Positions 20,541-30,097 of a DNA stretch of 64,000 nucleotides are shown here, piece after piece. The notes beneath the pieces are model-generated. The model saw only the letters and a program-made list of their open reading frames with translations, was not told the DNA's origin and searched no databases. Position 1 is the first letter of the stretch, and every line of letters starts with the position of its first letter. Source of the DNA: Spirochaetota bacterium (lineage in GTDB: Bacteria; Spirochaetota; UBA4802; UBA5550); assembly GCA_036821145.1 (NCBI GenBank), contig DAISJZ010000002.1:49432-113431 (forward strand). Reading direction: 5' to 3'. A program made the translations under genes and the position numbers.

Positions 20541-20948
20541 ATGCTTAATCCGGGGTTTGATATGACTCAGAATAATGATAAAAGAAAACATACACGTTAT
20601 TCCTGTTCGATAAAAGCTGATTTTGAATTCTTTGAAGGCGATCCGGATACTATTGATGTGGAAACCCAGGTATCTGAAAAAGGAAAAGGTCTTATCATAG
20701 ATATCAGTTGTGGAGGAGTTTTCCTGATAAGTAATTCACGGGTATCCCCGGGACTTCCGATTATCATGAAATTTGTTCTGAACAAAGAAAAAATGATGAT
20801 AAATGGAAGAATAGTCCGCACCGGTTTACTGAAAAACAATCCAACCGAAGTTGCACAAAAATTTTCAAAATTTGCATCCAAAGGTGATAATTATATAGCT
20901 GTTGAGTTTGATACACCTCTTAATAATTTTGATTGCACTACCCTCTGA
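20541..20948 (+). CDS. PilZ domain protein (putative c-di-GMP receptor)
   Basis: KRKHTRY (RxxxR-like) and DISCGGVFL (D/NxSxxG) motifs at the canonical spacing. An alternative start at ATG 20562 has GGGG 7 nt upstream. Confidence 0.75.
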   Translation: MLNPGFDMTQNNDKRKHTRYSCSIKADFEFFEGDPDTIDVETQVSEKGKGLIIDISCGGVFLISNSRVSPGLPIIMKFVLNKEKMMINGRIVRTGLLKNNPTEVAQKFSKFASKGDNYIAVEFDTPLNNFDCTTL

Positions 20949-20950
20949 GA

Positions 20951-21811
20951 ATGAAAAAAAGAATTATAAGGATCGCAGACATCTCTGAAGTAGATACTTC
21001 TAAAATTTCAGTTTATGATTTAAACAACCGTTATGTAGATTCCGTCGGAAACATGTTCGGCCTGAAATATAACAGAGAACTCCGCAGAATTGAGATAATA
21101 AAACTGGAAAGAATTCATAGCAGCGAAATGCTCCAGTACCAGCGAAAGATCATGATGCATCGTGATATTGAGCAGACCCAGTCTACAAATGCTGACATAA
21201 AAGAATCCTCAGAGGAGCAGGCAGAAACAGAAGAGGTTTTTTTTGAACCTGATGTTTTTGTTGAAAGCGTTATCAATGGCTCCGAGGTCCACAGAGAGCG
21301 GCTTGCTGCAATTCTTATGAATATAGATATCTCTGATGTTTTTGCCAGGGAGAATAAAATGGAGGCAACAGCTCTTGATGACCTTTCCCGTCATATTGAA
21401 ATAGACTGTATACAGCAGCTCGAAAAACTTGAAAGCTATTATCGTGAACTTGTAAACTATCCGCGAACAATAACATATTACCAGGCAAAAGTTGACAATG
21501 AAGGTAAGAATATTATTGATTCAATGAGCGGCATAAAAAAAGAAAAAATTATGAAGTTTATTTTTTATTATGAGATGTCTGCTACGATTAAAAGAGTATA
21601 TGGCCACATAAAAAAACATATGAGCGCCATACATGATCTAGTGATTGATAAAAATCCTGAGGACATACAGGGAATATCGAAAAACCAGAAACAGGCCTTC
21701 ATTGACGCAAAAACATCTATAACCAATACTATTTCTGAAGTAGATGAAACTATTAACAATAATCGCAAGCTTTATGAATATGCAGTTAATAAAAAAAATT
21801 TTAAAGCATAG
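20951..21811 (+). CDS. Hypothetical protein, translationally coupled to the PilZ gene
   Basis: ATG 20951 lies 2 nt after the PilZ TGA (TGAgaATG). 286 aa, helical/acidic, no recognisable domain. The track start 20933 overlaps PilZ. Confidence 0.6.
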   Translation: MKKRIIRIADISEVDTSKISVYDLNNRYVDSVGNMFGLKYNRELRRIEIIKLERIHSSEMLQYQRKIMMHRDIEQTQSTNADIKESSEEQAETEEVFFEPDVFVESVINGSEVHRERLAAILMNIDISDVFARENKMEATALDDLSRHIEIDCIQQLEKLESYYRELVNYPRTITYYQAKVDNEGKNIIDSMSGIKKEKIMKFIFYYEMSATIKRVYGHIKKHMSAIHDLVIDKNPEDIQGISKNQKQAFIDAKTSITNTISEVDETINNNRKLYEYAVNKKNFKA

Positions 21812-23210
21812 CTTTTACTTCAAAAATAAAAACTCCTTCTGCAAAAGACTTCCCCGCTTCAACCGTATACTTAATTTCTGATGAAAACATATCAGATTTA
21901 ATTAATCCTTTTACAGAAGCAGCATGTACAAATTCCTTAACTCCCCGAGCATCATATACAGAAACATAGTATTCAGGTGAGAGATATATAAGCCGGTTGT
22001 AAATATCAATCAATACGCCAGGAACTCCGGTATGCCTCCATGCTGCAGTGGTGTAATCTTTACTTCTAACAGGGAGTATTCTGTCAAATACATACTCGTT
22101 AAATATTTCTTTATTTTCTGAAGTATAGTTTGAAAACAGTGAGGCTGTCAACGACAGGGACTCAGCAACCTGAACACTAAAATGACTGTTAATGAGAATT
22201 CTTATTTCCATTTCCTTCTCAACAGGATTCCATAGATATTCAGATTTTATTTCCGCCATCATTAAATCAAGTGGATCTATTCTATAATCTGCATCATTAT
22301 ATTTAACAGCTGCCGAAATACCGGGGAAATAATATTTGTTTTCAAGCTCCTGATAATTATGATAATCAACATAAGATGAAAAAGCTGTGAAAGAAAAAAC
22401 CGTCACCCCTTTATTATATAACAGTCCGGTCTCACCTTTGATAATTCGATTATCAAAGGTGATTATTTCAGGCTCTTTAAAATAAACTTCTTTCTCCTCA
22501 TACTGAATTCCCAGCAGACAGGATATTTCATTACCAAAAGGTGTACCGAAAATGCAATCGATCCCGGTTTTGGTGTAGGATGCATCTCTAATACCGGCGG
22601 TTGTCTCAAATTCAGCTGCCATCACACAGTCACCTGAATCAAAAGACAGGGCTACAGAGGCTAATCCTCCATAGAGAGGATCTGATGATGTTTTAATTAT
22701 ACTATTTAATATACCTTTATCTGCAGATACGAATATATCGATGTTTTCATCAGCATTTCGTTTTATATCCACCTTTATTTTTTTAACCGGGTATTCTTTT
22801 TTTATTTCATTTATGTTTTTATTTAAAAGGAATTCATTGAAGGATTCATTTTTTTTAAATATTTTTGCTTTGATACGTTCATTGTAAGGCTTAACTCCGG
22901 TTACAAAAATATTTTCAACTTTTGGATCGGAAAAGTACAATTCAACTGAACCATCTTTTTTTAAAATACTTTTCTGTATTTTAAATGCGGTATATCCCTT
23001 TTGGTGATATCTGTCAGTAATTTCCACACAAACTTTTTTTAATTCGATCACATCGTGTATTTTTCTCCCGGGATATAAAATATCTGAAAGATCAACATTC
23101 GATTTCATGCCTGTAATTATAACTGCTGGATAAACAGGCTGGATAAATAGAATTATTACCGCATAAAAACTTAATACAAACAATCCGTTTATTTTTTTAT
23201 TAATTATCAT
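21801..23210 (-). CDS. POTRA domain-containing outer-membrane beta-barrel protein (Omp85/ShlB-like)
   Basis: Signal/TM segment, then a POTRA-like stretch LKKVCVEITDRYHQKGYTAFKIQKSILKKDGSVELYFSDPKVENIFVTGV, followed by about 300 aa of alternating beta-strand-like sequence. Assignment by pattern only. Confidence 0.6.
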   Translation of the reverse strand: MIINKKINGLFVLSFYAVIILFIQPVYPAVIITGMKSNVDLSDILYPGRKIHDVIELKKVCVEITDRYHQKGYTAFKIQKSILKKDGSVELYFSDPKVENIFVTGVKPYNERIKAKIFKKNESFNEFLLNKNINEIKKEYPVKKIKVDIKRNADENIDIFVSADKGILNSIIKTSSDPLYGGLASVALSFDSGDCVMAAEFETTAGIRDASYTKTGIDCIFGTPFGNEISCLLGIQYEEKEVYFKEPEIITFDNRIIKGETGLLYNKGVTVFSFTAFSSYVDYHNYQELENKYYFPGISAAVKYNDADYRIDPLDLMMAEIKSEYLWNPVEKEMEIRILINSHFSVQVAESLSLTASLFSNYTSENKEIFNEYVFDRILPVRSKDYTTAAWRHTGVPGVLIDIYNRLIYLSPEYYVSVYDARGVKEFVHAASVKGLIKSDMFSSEIKYTVEAGKSFAEGVFIFEVKAML

Positions 23211-23931
23211 TTAATTCGCGAACAGTCATATTCTGTTGTATTTCAAAATCGAAAATCCTATTATCCGTTGAATAGTTTACTTTGAGATCACTGTATTCTG
23301 TTTGTGTGTGAATTATCCCGTTTTCTGATCGAAGAAATAATTCTATTTTTGATGGGATATATGCAGAACCTGTATAAAAAAATTCATGATAAATTTCTTT
23401 CATAATTTCCCGGCCTGAATCATCAATAATATACTTTCTTACAACATATCGTCTTCGTGAATCGAACCAGATGTATACAGAGCTGTTTCCGGATAAGTTC
23501 CTGAAACTATACACATGAGCATACTTTATTAAACCGTATAATCTTATTCCCTGATACACAATATTTATATTATTAAAATTTTTAATTAATGGACTCCCGG
23601 GGATATAGGTATACCTATCCGGATTTTTTTCTTTTTTAAACAACAAATTTCTTTCCGGATAAAACCAGAAAAGCCCTTTATTATTGGCGATTACAATCTG
23701 CCTCTCCGGCGTGGTATAATCGATCCTGAACCACCCTTTATCTACCGCAGTATAATGCCCGGACATTTTTTCAACAGATGCCCCGCTGTGAATATATTGC
23801 ACTATTGTTCCTTTAATACTTTTTACTGATGAGTATTCCTTAAGGAACTGATTAAAACTTTCAGTATCAGAATAAGAAACAGACTGTATAAAAAATAAAA
23901 GTATTAAAGTCAGATATATCCGGGTCTTCAT
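23200..23931 (-). CDS. LolA-like outer-membrane lipoprotein carrier family protein
   Basis: Signal peptide from MKTRIYLTLILLFFIQSVSYS (ATG 23931). FLKEYSSVKSIKGTIVQ...GHYTAVDKGWFRIDYTTPERQIVIANNKGLFWFYPERN fits the LolA pattern. It overlaps the downstream POTRA gene by 11 nt. Confidence 0.65.
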   Translation of the reverse strand: MKTRIYLTLILLFFIQSVSYSDTESFNQFLKEYSSVKSIKGTIVQYIHSGASVEKMSGHYTAVDKGWFRIDYTTPERQIVIANNKGLFWFYPERNLLFKKEKNPDRYTYIPGSPLIKNFNNINIVYQGIRLYGLIKYAHVYSFRNLSGNSSVYIWFDSRRRYVVRKYIIDDSGREIMKEIYHEFFYTGSAYIPSKIELFLRSENGIIHTQTEYSDLKVNYSTDNRIFDFEIQQNMTVRELNDN

Positions 23932-24167
23932 CCTGTAGTACCAGTAATTCAGAAGTTTTAATTGATTAATCGGATAATAGTTTCTTTGTATGAATGAGCA
24001 AGATTTTTTTATTCGACTAATCACTATTTATATTTTCCTTGAAAAAAAAACCGCTTAAAAGAAGCTTGTTCTACATGAATAAAAAAAAATTAAAGAGATA
24101 ATTTTATTCGTCCAGTAAATAAAAATCATTTAACTGAAACTTCACTGAATCGTATTAAAGGTTAACA

Positions 24168-27100
24168 ATGCTCCTTAAGCAGATAATTACAGAAATAAGC
24201 AAATCTGATGAATATAGAGAACTAAAGCTTGCTGATAACGGTTCAGCTTCTATTGAAGGAGTCTCTCCGGCATCTTTTCCCTTTCTTATTTCTGCTATCT
24301 TTAATTCAACTAACGAACAGATTCTTGTAATAACGGATAACACTGAACACCTTAATGATTTATATACCGATCTTACCTGTTTTATTGATGAGCAGTACCT
24401 GTTTCGCTTCCCGTCATGGGAAACCATACCTTATGAATTCATGGCTCCAACCGAGCAGTCAGAAAGAGACAGGATAACTTCGCTTTACAGAATTATTTCC
24501 GGCGAACCGGCAGTTTTCATTACCACAATTGATGCGGTAATGAGAAAAATCCCTGCACGTAACTTTTTTATGAAGAAAGGTTTAACACTTTCTGTTAACG
24601 AGGAATACCCCTTTGATGATATCATCAGTACACTTGTTCAATACGGTTATACCAGGGAAACCAGAGTTGATGCCTTTGGCCACTTTTCTGTTAAAGGGAG
24701 TATTATTGATGTTTATCTCCCTACAAAAGAGAACCCTGTAAGACTCGACTTTTTTGGAGACACTCTTGACTCAATAAGGGAGTTTGATGCGGATTCACAG
24801 GTCTCATTTACCGGTGATGAAATAGACTTTATCACTGTTTATCCCAGGAGAGAACTTATTCTCTTCAGCAGGGAAAAAGATAAACTCCGCGAATTACTTA
24901 AAAAGAAATTCAGCGAATCACCGGAACTCCCTGATGAAATATCCGGCTGGCTTAAAGGTGACGAAGATCCTGAGAAAATTCCCGGCATTGAAGATTACTT
25001 CCATGAAATAATGGAGAGCTCTTCTGTTATCGATTATATCACTGAAGATTCAGCGATTATACTGCTTGAATGGCCGGAAATTATTTCAAAATCAGTCAGG
25101 ATTAAGAAAAATCATTATGATATATTTAATAGAAAAAATAAATCATTTTATACTCCCGAACCGGCAACACTTCTTGATCTGAATGCACCTGACAGGGCAT
25201 ACGAAAAAGGAATAAAAATACAGGCTCTGACTTCCACTGCCGGCGCATACAGCTTCAACATGAAAAGCCTTCAGAGTTTCCAGGGAAGAATCAAAAATGT
25301 AAGAGAAGACCTCACAAAAAGATTCGAAGCAGGATGGCGGGTCATCATGACAACGTCTTTTGAAGGACAGGCGAGAAGACTTTTTGATCTTTTCAGTGAA
25401 TTCAAACCTGACCCTGATTTCGAAAATTATAATCCCGGATCGTTTTTTAATATAGTATTAAGCCCTCTGAGTAATGGTGTTGAATTTAACGAAATCAAAA
25501 CTCTCATTCTTACAGATCACGACATTTTCGGGAAGAGTTACAGAAAAAGAAAACACTTTAAACGCAAAGGATCGCGGCCCATTGAATCATTTCTTGAACT
25601 AAAACCGGGTGATTATGTTGTTCATATCAATCACGGTATAGGTATATTTAAAAGCATAGAAAGAATGTCAGCAGGTGGAGTTGAACGCGATTTTCTTCTT
25701 ATCGAATATGAAGGTGATGATAAATTATATGTATCGCTGGATCAGATTTCTCTTGTACAGAAATACATCGGCCTTGAAGGGAAAAAACCGAGAATTGATT
25801 CATTGGGAAAAAAATCCGCATGGAACAGAATCCGTGACAGGGTAAAAGAATCCGTTGAAGAGATAGCAAAGGAACTTATAAAAATTTATTCACAGAGAAG
25901 CGCGCTTAGAGGATTCAGATTCCCCCCTGATACACAATGGCAGGAAGAATTTGAATCGCTTTTTGAATTTGAGGAGACCCCAGATCAGCTTACTGCCATT
26001 GAAGATGTTAAGGATGACATGGAGAGCGACAAACCGATGGATCGGCTTGTCTGTGGAGATGTCGGTTTCGGGAAGACAGAGGTCGCTATTCGTGCTTCGT
26101 TCAAGTCAGTAATGGCTGGAAAACAGGTCGCAATACTGGTACCCACAACAATTCTTGCGATGCAGCATTTTGAAACATTTAAAAAACGTTTCCAGGGCTA
26201 TCCCATCAATATTGAAATGGTTTCACGCTTTAGAACAAAAGGTGAAATAATCAAAATAAAACAGAAACTCAACGAAGCTGAAGTTGATATTGTTATAGGA
26301 ACTCACGCTCTTCTTTCTGCTGATGTTAAAATTAAAAATTTTGGTCTCCTGATAATAGATGAAGAACAGCGTTTCGGAGTAAAGCACAAGGAACAATTAA
26401 AAAAATTCAGGACAACAGTTGATGTCCTGACTCTCTCCGCCACTCCTATACCCAGAACATTGCATATATCGATGGCAGGAATACGTGACCTTTCAATAAT
26501 AGCAACCCCCCCTGACAGCAGACAATCAATTGAAACTTATGTTTTAGAAGATAACGCTGATATCCTGAGGGAGGCTATTCTAACAGAGACAGGCCGTGGC
26601 GGACAGGTATTTTATGTATATAACAGAGTACAGACAATCGAAACACAAATGATCATGCTTCAGAAACTTATACCTGAAGCAACATTTTGCGTTGCCCACG
26701 GGCAGATGCATGAACACGAACTTGAAGATATAATGATTGATTTCATGAACCGGAAATATGATGTTCTGATAAGCACTACAATCATTGAATCAGGTCTTGA
26801 CATGCCGAATGTTAATACTATTATTATAAACAGAGCTGATACATTCGGCCTCTCTCAGCTTTACCAGCTTAAAGGGAGAGTCGGCCGTTCCAGCAGAAAA
26901 GCTTATGCATACCTTTTCTACCCGAGGCACACTTCCCTTACTGAAGATGCCCAGAAAAGACTACAGGTTATATCAGAGTATTCTGATCTTGGAAGCGGTT
27001 TCAAAATTGCCATGAAGGACCTTGAAATACGTGGAGCAGGTAACATTATAGGTTTCGAGCAATCCGGAAATATTATGGATGTAGGTTTCGACCTCTACTG

Positions 27101-27590
27101 CCAGATGCTTGAAGAAGAAATAAAAATTTTAAAAGGTGAAAATATTAAACCTTATCACAGGACTTCAGTTTTCTTTAAAACAGATTTTTACATCCCTGAA
27201 TTCTACATAAATGATGACAGACAGAAAATAGAATTTTATAAACGATTTGAATCATGTGAAACCATAGAAGAAGTTGATATTCTGGAAAAAGAAATGTTAG
27301 ACAGATTCGGTATACCGCCAGCTGAAGTAAATATCCTGATTGAACTGGAAAGAATCCGGGCAATAGCTTCATCTTTGTTTATTGACGAAATACTTGAAGA
27401 TAACAGGCAGGTTAATATTAAAATAACCTCTTCATGTATAATCCCTGCAGAAAAACTTCTTAAAGCGATATCAAAAGACAGCAGATTTTCCATAAATTCT
27501 AAAGATCCTGAAAATCTGGTATTTAAACCTGAAAACAGGAATATTGAAAAAAAATTATCCGAATTGAAAAAATGGTTGCAACAATTTTAA
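24168..27590 (+). CDS. mfd: Transcription-repair coupling factor
   Basis: 1140 aa. CarD-like GDYVVHINHGIGIF, helicase motifs GDVGFGKTEVA, IIDEEQRFG, LSATPIPRT, QLYQLKGRVGRS, plus a TRCF C-terminal domain. Confidence 0.97.
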   Translation: MLLKQIITEISKSDEYRELKLADNGSASIEGVSPASFPFLISAIFNSTNEQILVITDNTEHLNDLYTDLTCFIDEQYLFRFPSWETIPYEFMAPTEQSERDRITSLYRIISGEPAVFITTIDAVMRKIPARNFFMKKGLTLSVNEEYPFDDIISTLVQYGYTRETRVDAFGHFSVKGSIIDVYLPTKENPVRLDFFGDTLDSIREFDADSQVSFTGDEIDFITVYPRRELILFSREKDKLRELLKKKFSESPELPDEISGWLKGDEDPEKIPGIEDYFHEIMESSSVIDYITEDSAIILLEWPEIISKSVRIKKNHYDIFNRKNKSFYTPEPATLLDLNAPDRAYEKGIKIQALTSTAGAYSFNMKSLQSFQGRIKNVREDLTKRFEAGWRVIMTTSFEGQARRLFDLFSEFKPDPDFENYNPGSFFNIVLSPLSNGVEFNEIKTLILTDHDIFGKSYRKRKHFKRKGSRPIESFLELKPGDYVVHINHGIGIFKSIERMSAGGVERDFLLIEYEGDDKLYVSLDQISLVQKYIGLEGKKPRIDSLGKKSAWNRIRDRVKESVEEIAKELIKIYSQRSALRGFRFPPDTQWQEEFESLFEFEETPDQLTAIEDVKDDMESDKPMDRLVCGDVGFGKTEVAIRASFKSVMAGKQVAILVPTTILAMQHFETFKKRFQGYPINIEMVSRFRTKGEIIKIKQKLNEAEVDIVIGTHALLSADVKIKNFGLLIIDEEQRFGVKHKEQLKKFRTTVDVLTLSATPIPRTLHISMAGIRDLSIIATPPDSRQSIETYVLEDNADILREAILTETGRGGQVFYVYNRVQTIETQMIMLQKLIPEATFCVAHGQMHEHELEDIMIDFMNRKYDVLISTTIIESGLDMPNVNTIIINRADTFGLSQLYQLKGRVGRSSRKAYAYLFYPRHTSLTEDAQKRLQVISEYSDLGSGFKIAMKDLEIRGAGNIIGFEQSGNIMDVGFDLYCQMLEEEIKILKGENIKPYHRTSVFFKTDFYIPEFYINDDRQKIEFYKRFESCETIEEVDILEKEMLDRFGIPPAEVNILIELERIRAIASSLFIDEILEDNRQVNIKITSSCIIPAEKLLKAISKDSRFSINSKDPENLVFKPENRNIEKKLSELKKWLQQF

Positions 27591-27666
27591 ATTTTAACTT
27601 GATATTTAATGCTAAGTTTAGCAAATCCCCAATATAATTAACAGTAAAACCGGAAAGGAAAATCCT

Positions 27667-28329
27667 ATGAACAAAAAATCAGTACTCATGCTGACACTAA
27701 TAGCAGCGATAATTGTATCTTTTATTTCATGCAAAAATATGTTTGGTGATGCGGCTGCTACAATTGATGGAGACAAAATAACCATCGAAGAATTAAATCA
27801 GTTTTATTATGTACAGAATAAAATGCTGACAAATATTGATTCAAAAGAAGAAATTGATAAACTATCAAATAATCCTGCTTATGCAAACCACCCTTTTCTG
27901 AATAAAGCCAACTTCCTTGATCATCTGATTGCCCAGAAGGTTCTTTTTGAAAAAGCAATGGATGATAAGTCCATTGATAAAGAAGAACTTGAAACACTTC
28001 TTGAAATGGTAAAAGTCCAAACAGCTGCCCAGTATTTTCTTTCAAAAAAACTTAAAGATAAAATTGCAGTTACTGATGAAGAAGTAGAAAAAATTTACAG
28101 CGAAAACCGATCTAAATTTGCCGGAAGGACTGCAGAAGAAGCTTCAAATTATATTAAACAACAGATTTTTTCACAGAAATCCCGTCAGGAAACAAACAAA
28201 TATATCGCAGAATTACTTGCAGAGCATGCAATTAACAAAGATGGTTTTAAAGAATATCAGGCTAAAACCAGTAAAACAACCGCTGACAGCTCAACTACTG
28301 GACCTGAGCAGAAAACAGAACAAAAGTAA
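27667..28329 (+). CDS. SurA N-terminal-domain-like periplasmic chaperone lipoprotein (no PPIase domain seen)
   Basis: Lipobox VSFISC. The ATIDGDKITIEELNQFY... pattern is typical of SurA_N/PrsA-like chaperones. At 220 aa it is too short for a parvulin domain. Confidence 0.6.
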   Translation: MNKKSVLMLTLIAAIIVSFISCKNMFGDAAATIDGDKITIEELNQFYYVQNKMLTNIDSKEEIDKLSNNPAYANHPFLNKANFLDHLIAQKVLFEKAMDDKSIDKEELETLLEMVKVQTAAQYFLSKKLKDKIAVTDEEVEKIYSENRSKFAGRTAEEASNYIKQQIFSQKSRQETNKYIAELLAEHAINKDGFKEYQAKTSKTTADSSTTGPEQKTEQK

Positions 28330-28343
28330 GCAATATACACTCT

Positions 28344-28389
28344 ATTCATAACAAAAAAGCCCCGATTAAGGGGCTTTTTTGTTATGAAT
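28344..28389. terminator. Rho-independent terminator formed by a 20-bp perfect inverted repeat
   Basis: attcataacaaaaaagcccc-gattaa-ggggcttttttgttatgaat, starting 15 nt after the stop at 28329. Confidence 0.88.
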
Positions 28390-28481
28390 TTTAATAATTA
28401 AACTGCCGATCTATATTAATATTGACTTATATATTAAGTAGTTTGTATATTCTATAATAAACATTTAGATGAGGTTTTACG

Positions 28482-29051
28482 ATGTCTTCTAAAAAACATG
28501 TAATTAAACTATTTATTTTAATAGTAACTGTGATCTATTCAATTTCCTGCAGCTCTAAAAAGGGACTTGTTTATACAGCCAATAAAATCCCGTCAAATGC
28601 AAAAATTGCTGTGGTAATCGATTATCCCAATACTCTTAAAAATGTTGTACTTGTATCTTTTTTAAAGCAGGGCTTCAGAGTAAAAGCATTTAATGCATCT
28701 GACCTTTATACAATGAAAGATGTTTATGATATATCTGACCTGAAAAAACTTTCATACAATCTTGACGAACAGAATGTTTCAACTGTTGAAAAAACTTACG
28801 ATAATATATATAAACTCCACATTTACAATTTTGAATTGAACAAAGCAGAATTTCTTAAACAGATTAGAGCAGAATGGGATGTTGAATATATTATCCTTAT
28901 TGATTTAAAAGAATGGGAAAAAGTCAGCTGGGCAAGAGTTATTAATCTCAGAACTTATGAAATCGATTTTGTTGAAAACTATCCGACTAAGTATAATGAT
29001 AATATTGAAACAATCATAACTCATTTTATCAGCAGCATAACAGGCAGATGA
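28482..29051 (+). CDS. Hypothetical lipoprotein (module paralogous to the C-terminal half of the next gene)
   Basis: Signal peptide and lipobox-like VIYSISC. SD GAGG lies 8 nt upstream. ATGA overlap with the next ORF. Confidence 0.65.
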   Translation: MSSKKHVIKLFILIVTVIYSISCSSKKGLVYTANKIPSNAKIAVVIDYPNTLKNVVLVSFLKQGFRVKAFNASDLYTMKDVYDISDLKKLSYNLDEQNVSTVEKTYDNIYKLHIYNFELNKAEFLKQIRAEWDVEYIILIDLKEWEKVSWARVINLRTYEIDFVENYPTKYNDNIETIITHFISSITGR

Positions 29052-30091
29052 AAATTAAAAGTAAAAACTTTTTATTCATAACCGCGATATTAATAATATC
29101 GATATGCAATAATGAAGCCCGTGCTGAAAGTATTGCATTCGGATACTTTTATAATAAATCAGAAAACCGCGGAATGGATTATCTTCAGCAGCTGCTGCCT
29201 AACTCGTTTGCAAGCTCAATAAAGAATAAGCATAGAATGGACACAGTCAAACCGGGGAAACTTCCCTTTCTTAATACAGAAGGGAGTGATTTTACCGGTA
29301 AAGATATTGAAGAAAAAGACCTGTTGAAATTATCTGATGAATTATCAGACAACTATTTCGTATATGGTAATTACCAGCCCGTTGCAGGCAATAGAATAAA
29401 ACTGACAGTAAAGATTTACAAAAAAGATTCTAACCGTGTTTTCTATTTTTCAGATGAAGGCAGACTCGAAACAGAATTATTCAGATTTGTAGACAGAATA
29501 GCATATCAGATAAAAAACATCGCTTCAGAATCTATGCATTATAAATCCGAATCAATAGTAAATAATTCGAAAATAAGCATTATTACAAATATCAGCGGTG
29601 AAGATCTTAATTCACTCTATTTCTCATTTTTAAAAAAGGGCTATCGACTTTCTTCTGTACAGGGCAATGAAATATATACATACATTGATGAAGAGCAAAT
29701 CAATAAACTATCTACTATCTCTGCATCAAATGCGTCATATCACATAATATCGGATAGATCAGAAATCGAACTTCCTCACGGGACATGGTCTGGCGCAAAA
29801 TACTACAAAGAGCTGCTGAAGCAGAGAGATCTTTTTAACAAATATGCATTCAATTTTGAAAAAACCTTTGATACTCTTTCTAAAAAAATAATGAATTACC
29901 AGACAGATTCTTTCGATTATTTTATAGTCATAGGATTTGATGAAGACTTAGAAAAAGCGTGGATCAGGTGTATTTCATTGAAAAAGAACAAACTCATTCT
30001 TACAGAGTCCGGCATAAAAGGTAAAAATGTACAGGATATATCTGAAAAAATAATCAATATACTTTCCACTGACCTGCCGAACAGATTCTGA
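29048..30091 (+). CDS. Hypothetical secreted two-module protein (N-terminal TolB_N/FlgO/LpoB-like 'IAxxxF' module plus a paralog of the preceding lipoprotein)
   Basis: Signal peptide ...ISICNNEARA. SIAFGYFYNKSENRGMDYLQQLLPNSFASSI...DNYFVYGNYQPVAGNRIKLTVKIY resembles the TolB-N-like fold pattern. The C-terminal half aligns with ORF 28482-29051. Confidence 0.65.
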   Translation: MKIKSKNFLFITAILIISICNNEARAESIAFGYFYNKSENRGMDYLQQLLPNSFASSIKNKHRMDTVKPGKLPFLNTEGSDFTGKDIEEKDLLKLSDELSDNYFVYGNYQPVAGNRIKLTVKIYKKDSNRVFYFSDEGRLETELFRFVDRIAYQIKNIASESMHYKSESIVNNSKISIITNISGEDLNSLYFSFLKKGYRLSSVQGNEIYTYIDEEQINKLSTISASNASYHIISDRSEIELPHGTWSGAKYYKELLKQRDLFNKYAFNFEKTFDTLSKKIMNYQTDSFDYFIVIGFDEDLEKAWIRCISLKKNKLILTESGIKGKNVQDISEKIINILSTDLPNRF

Positions 30092-30097
30092 TTACAA

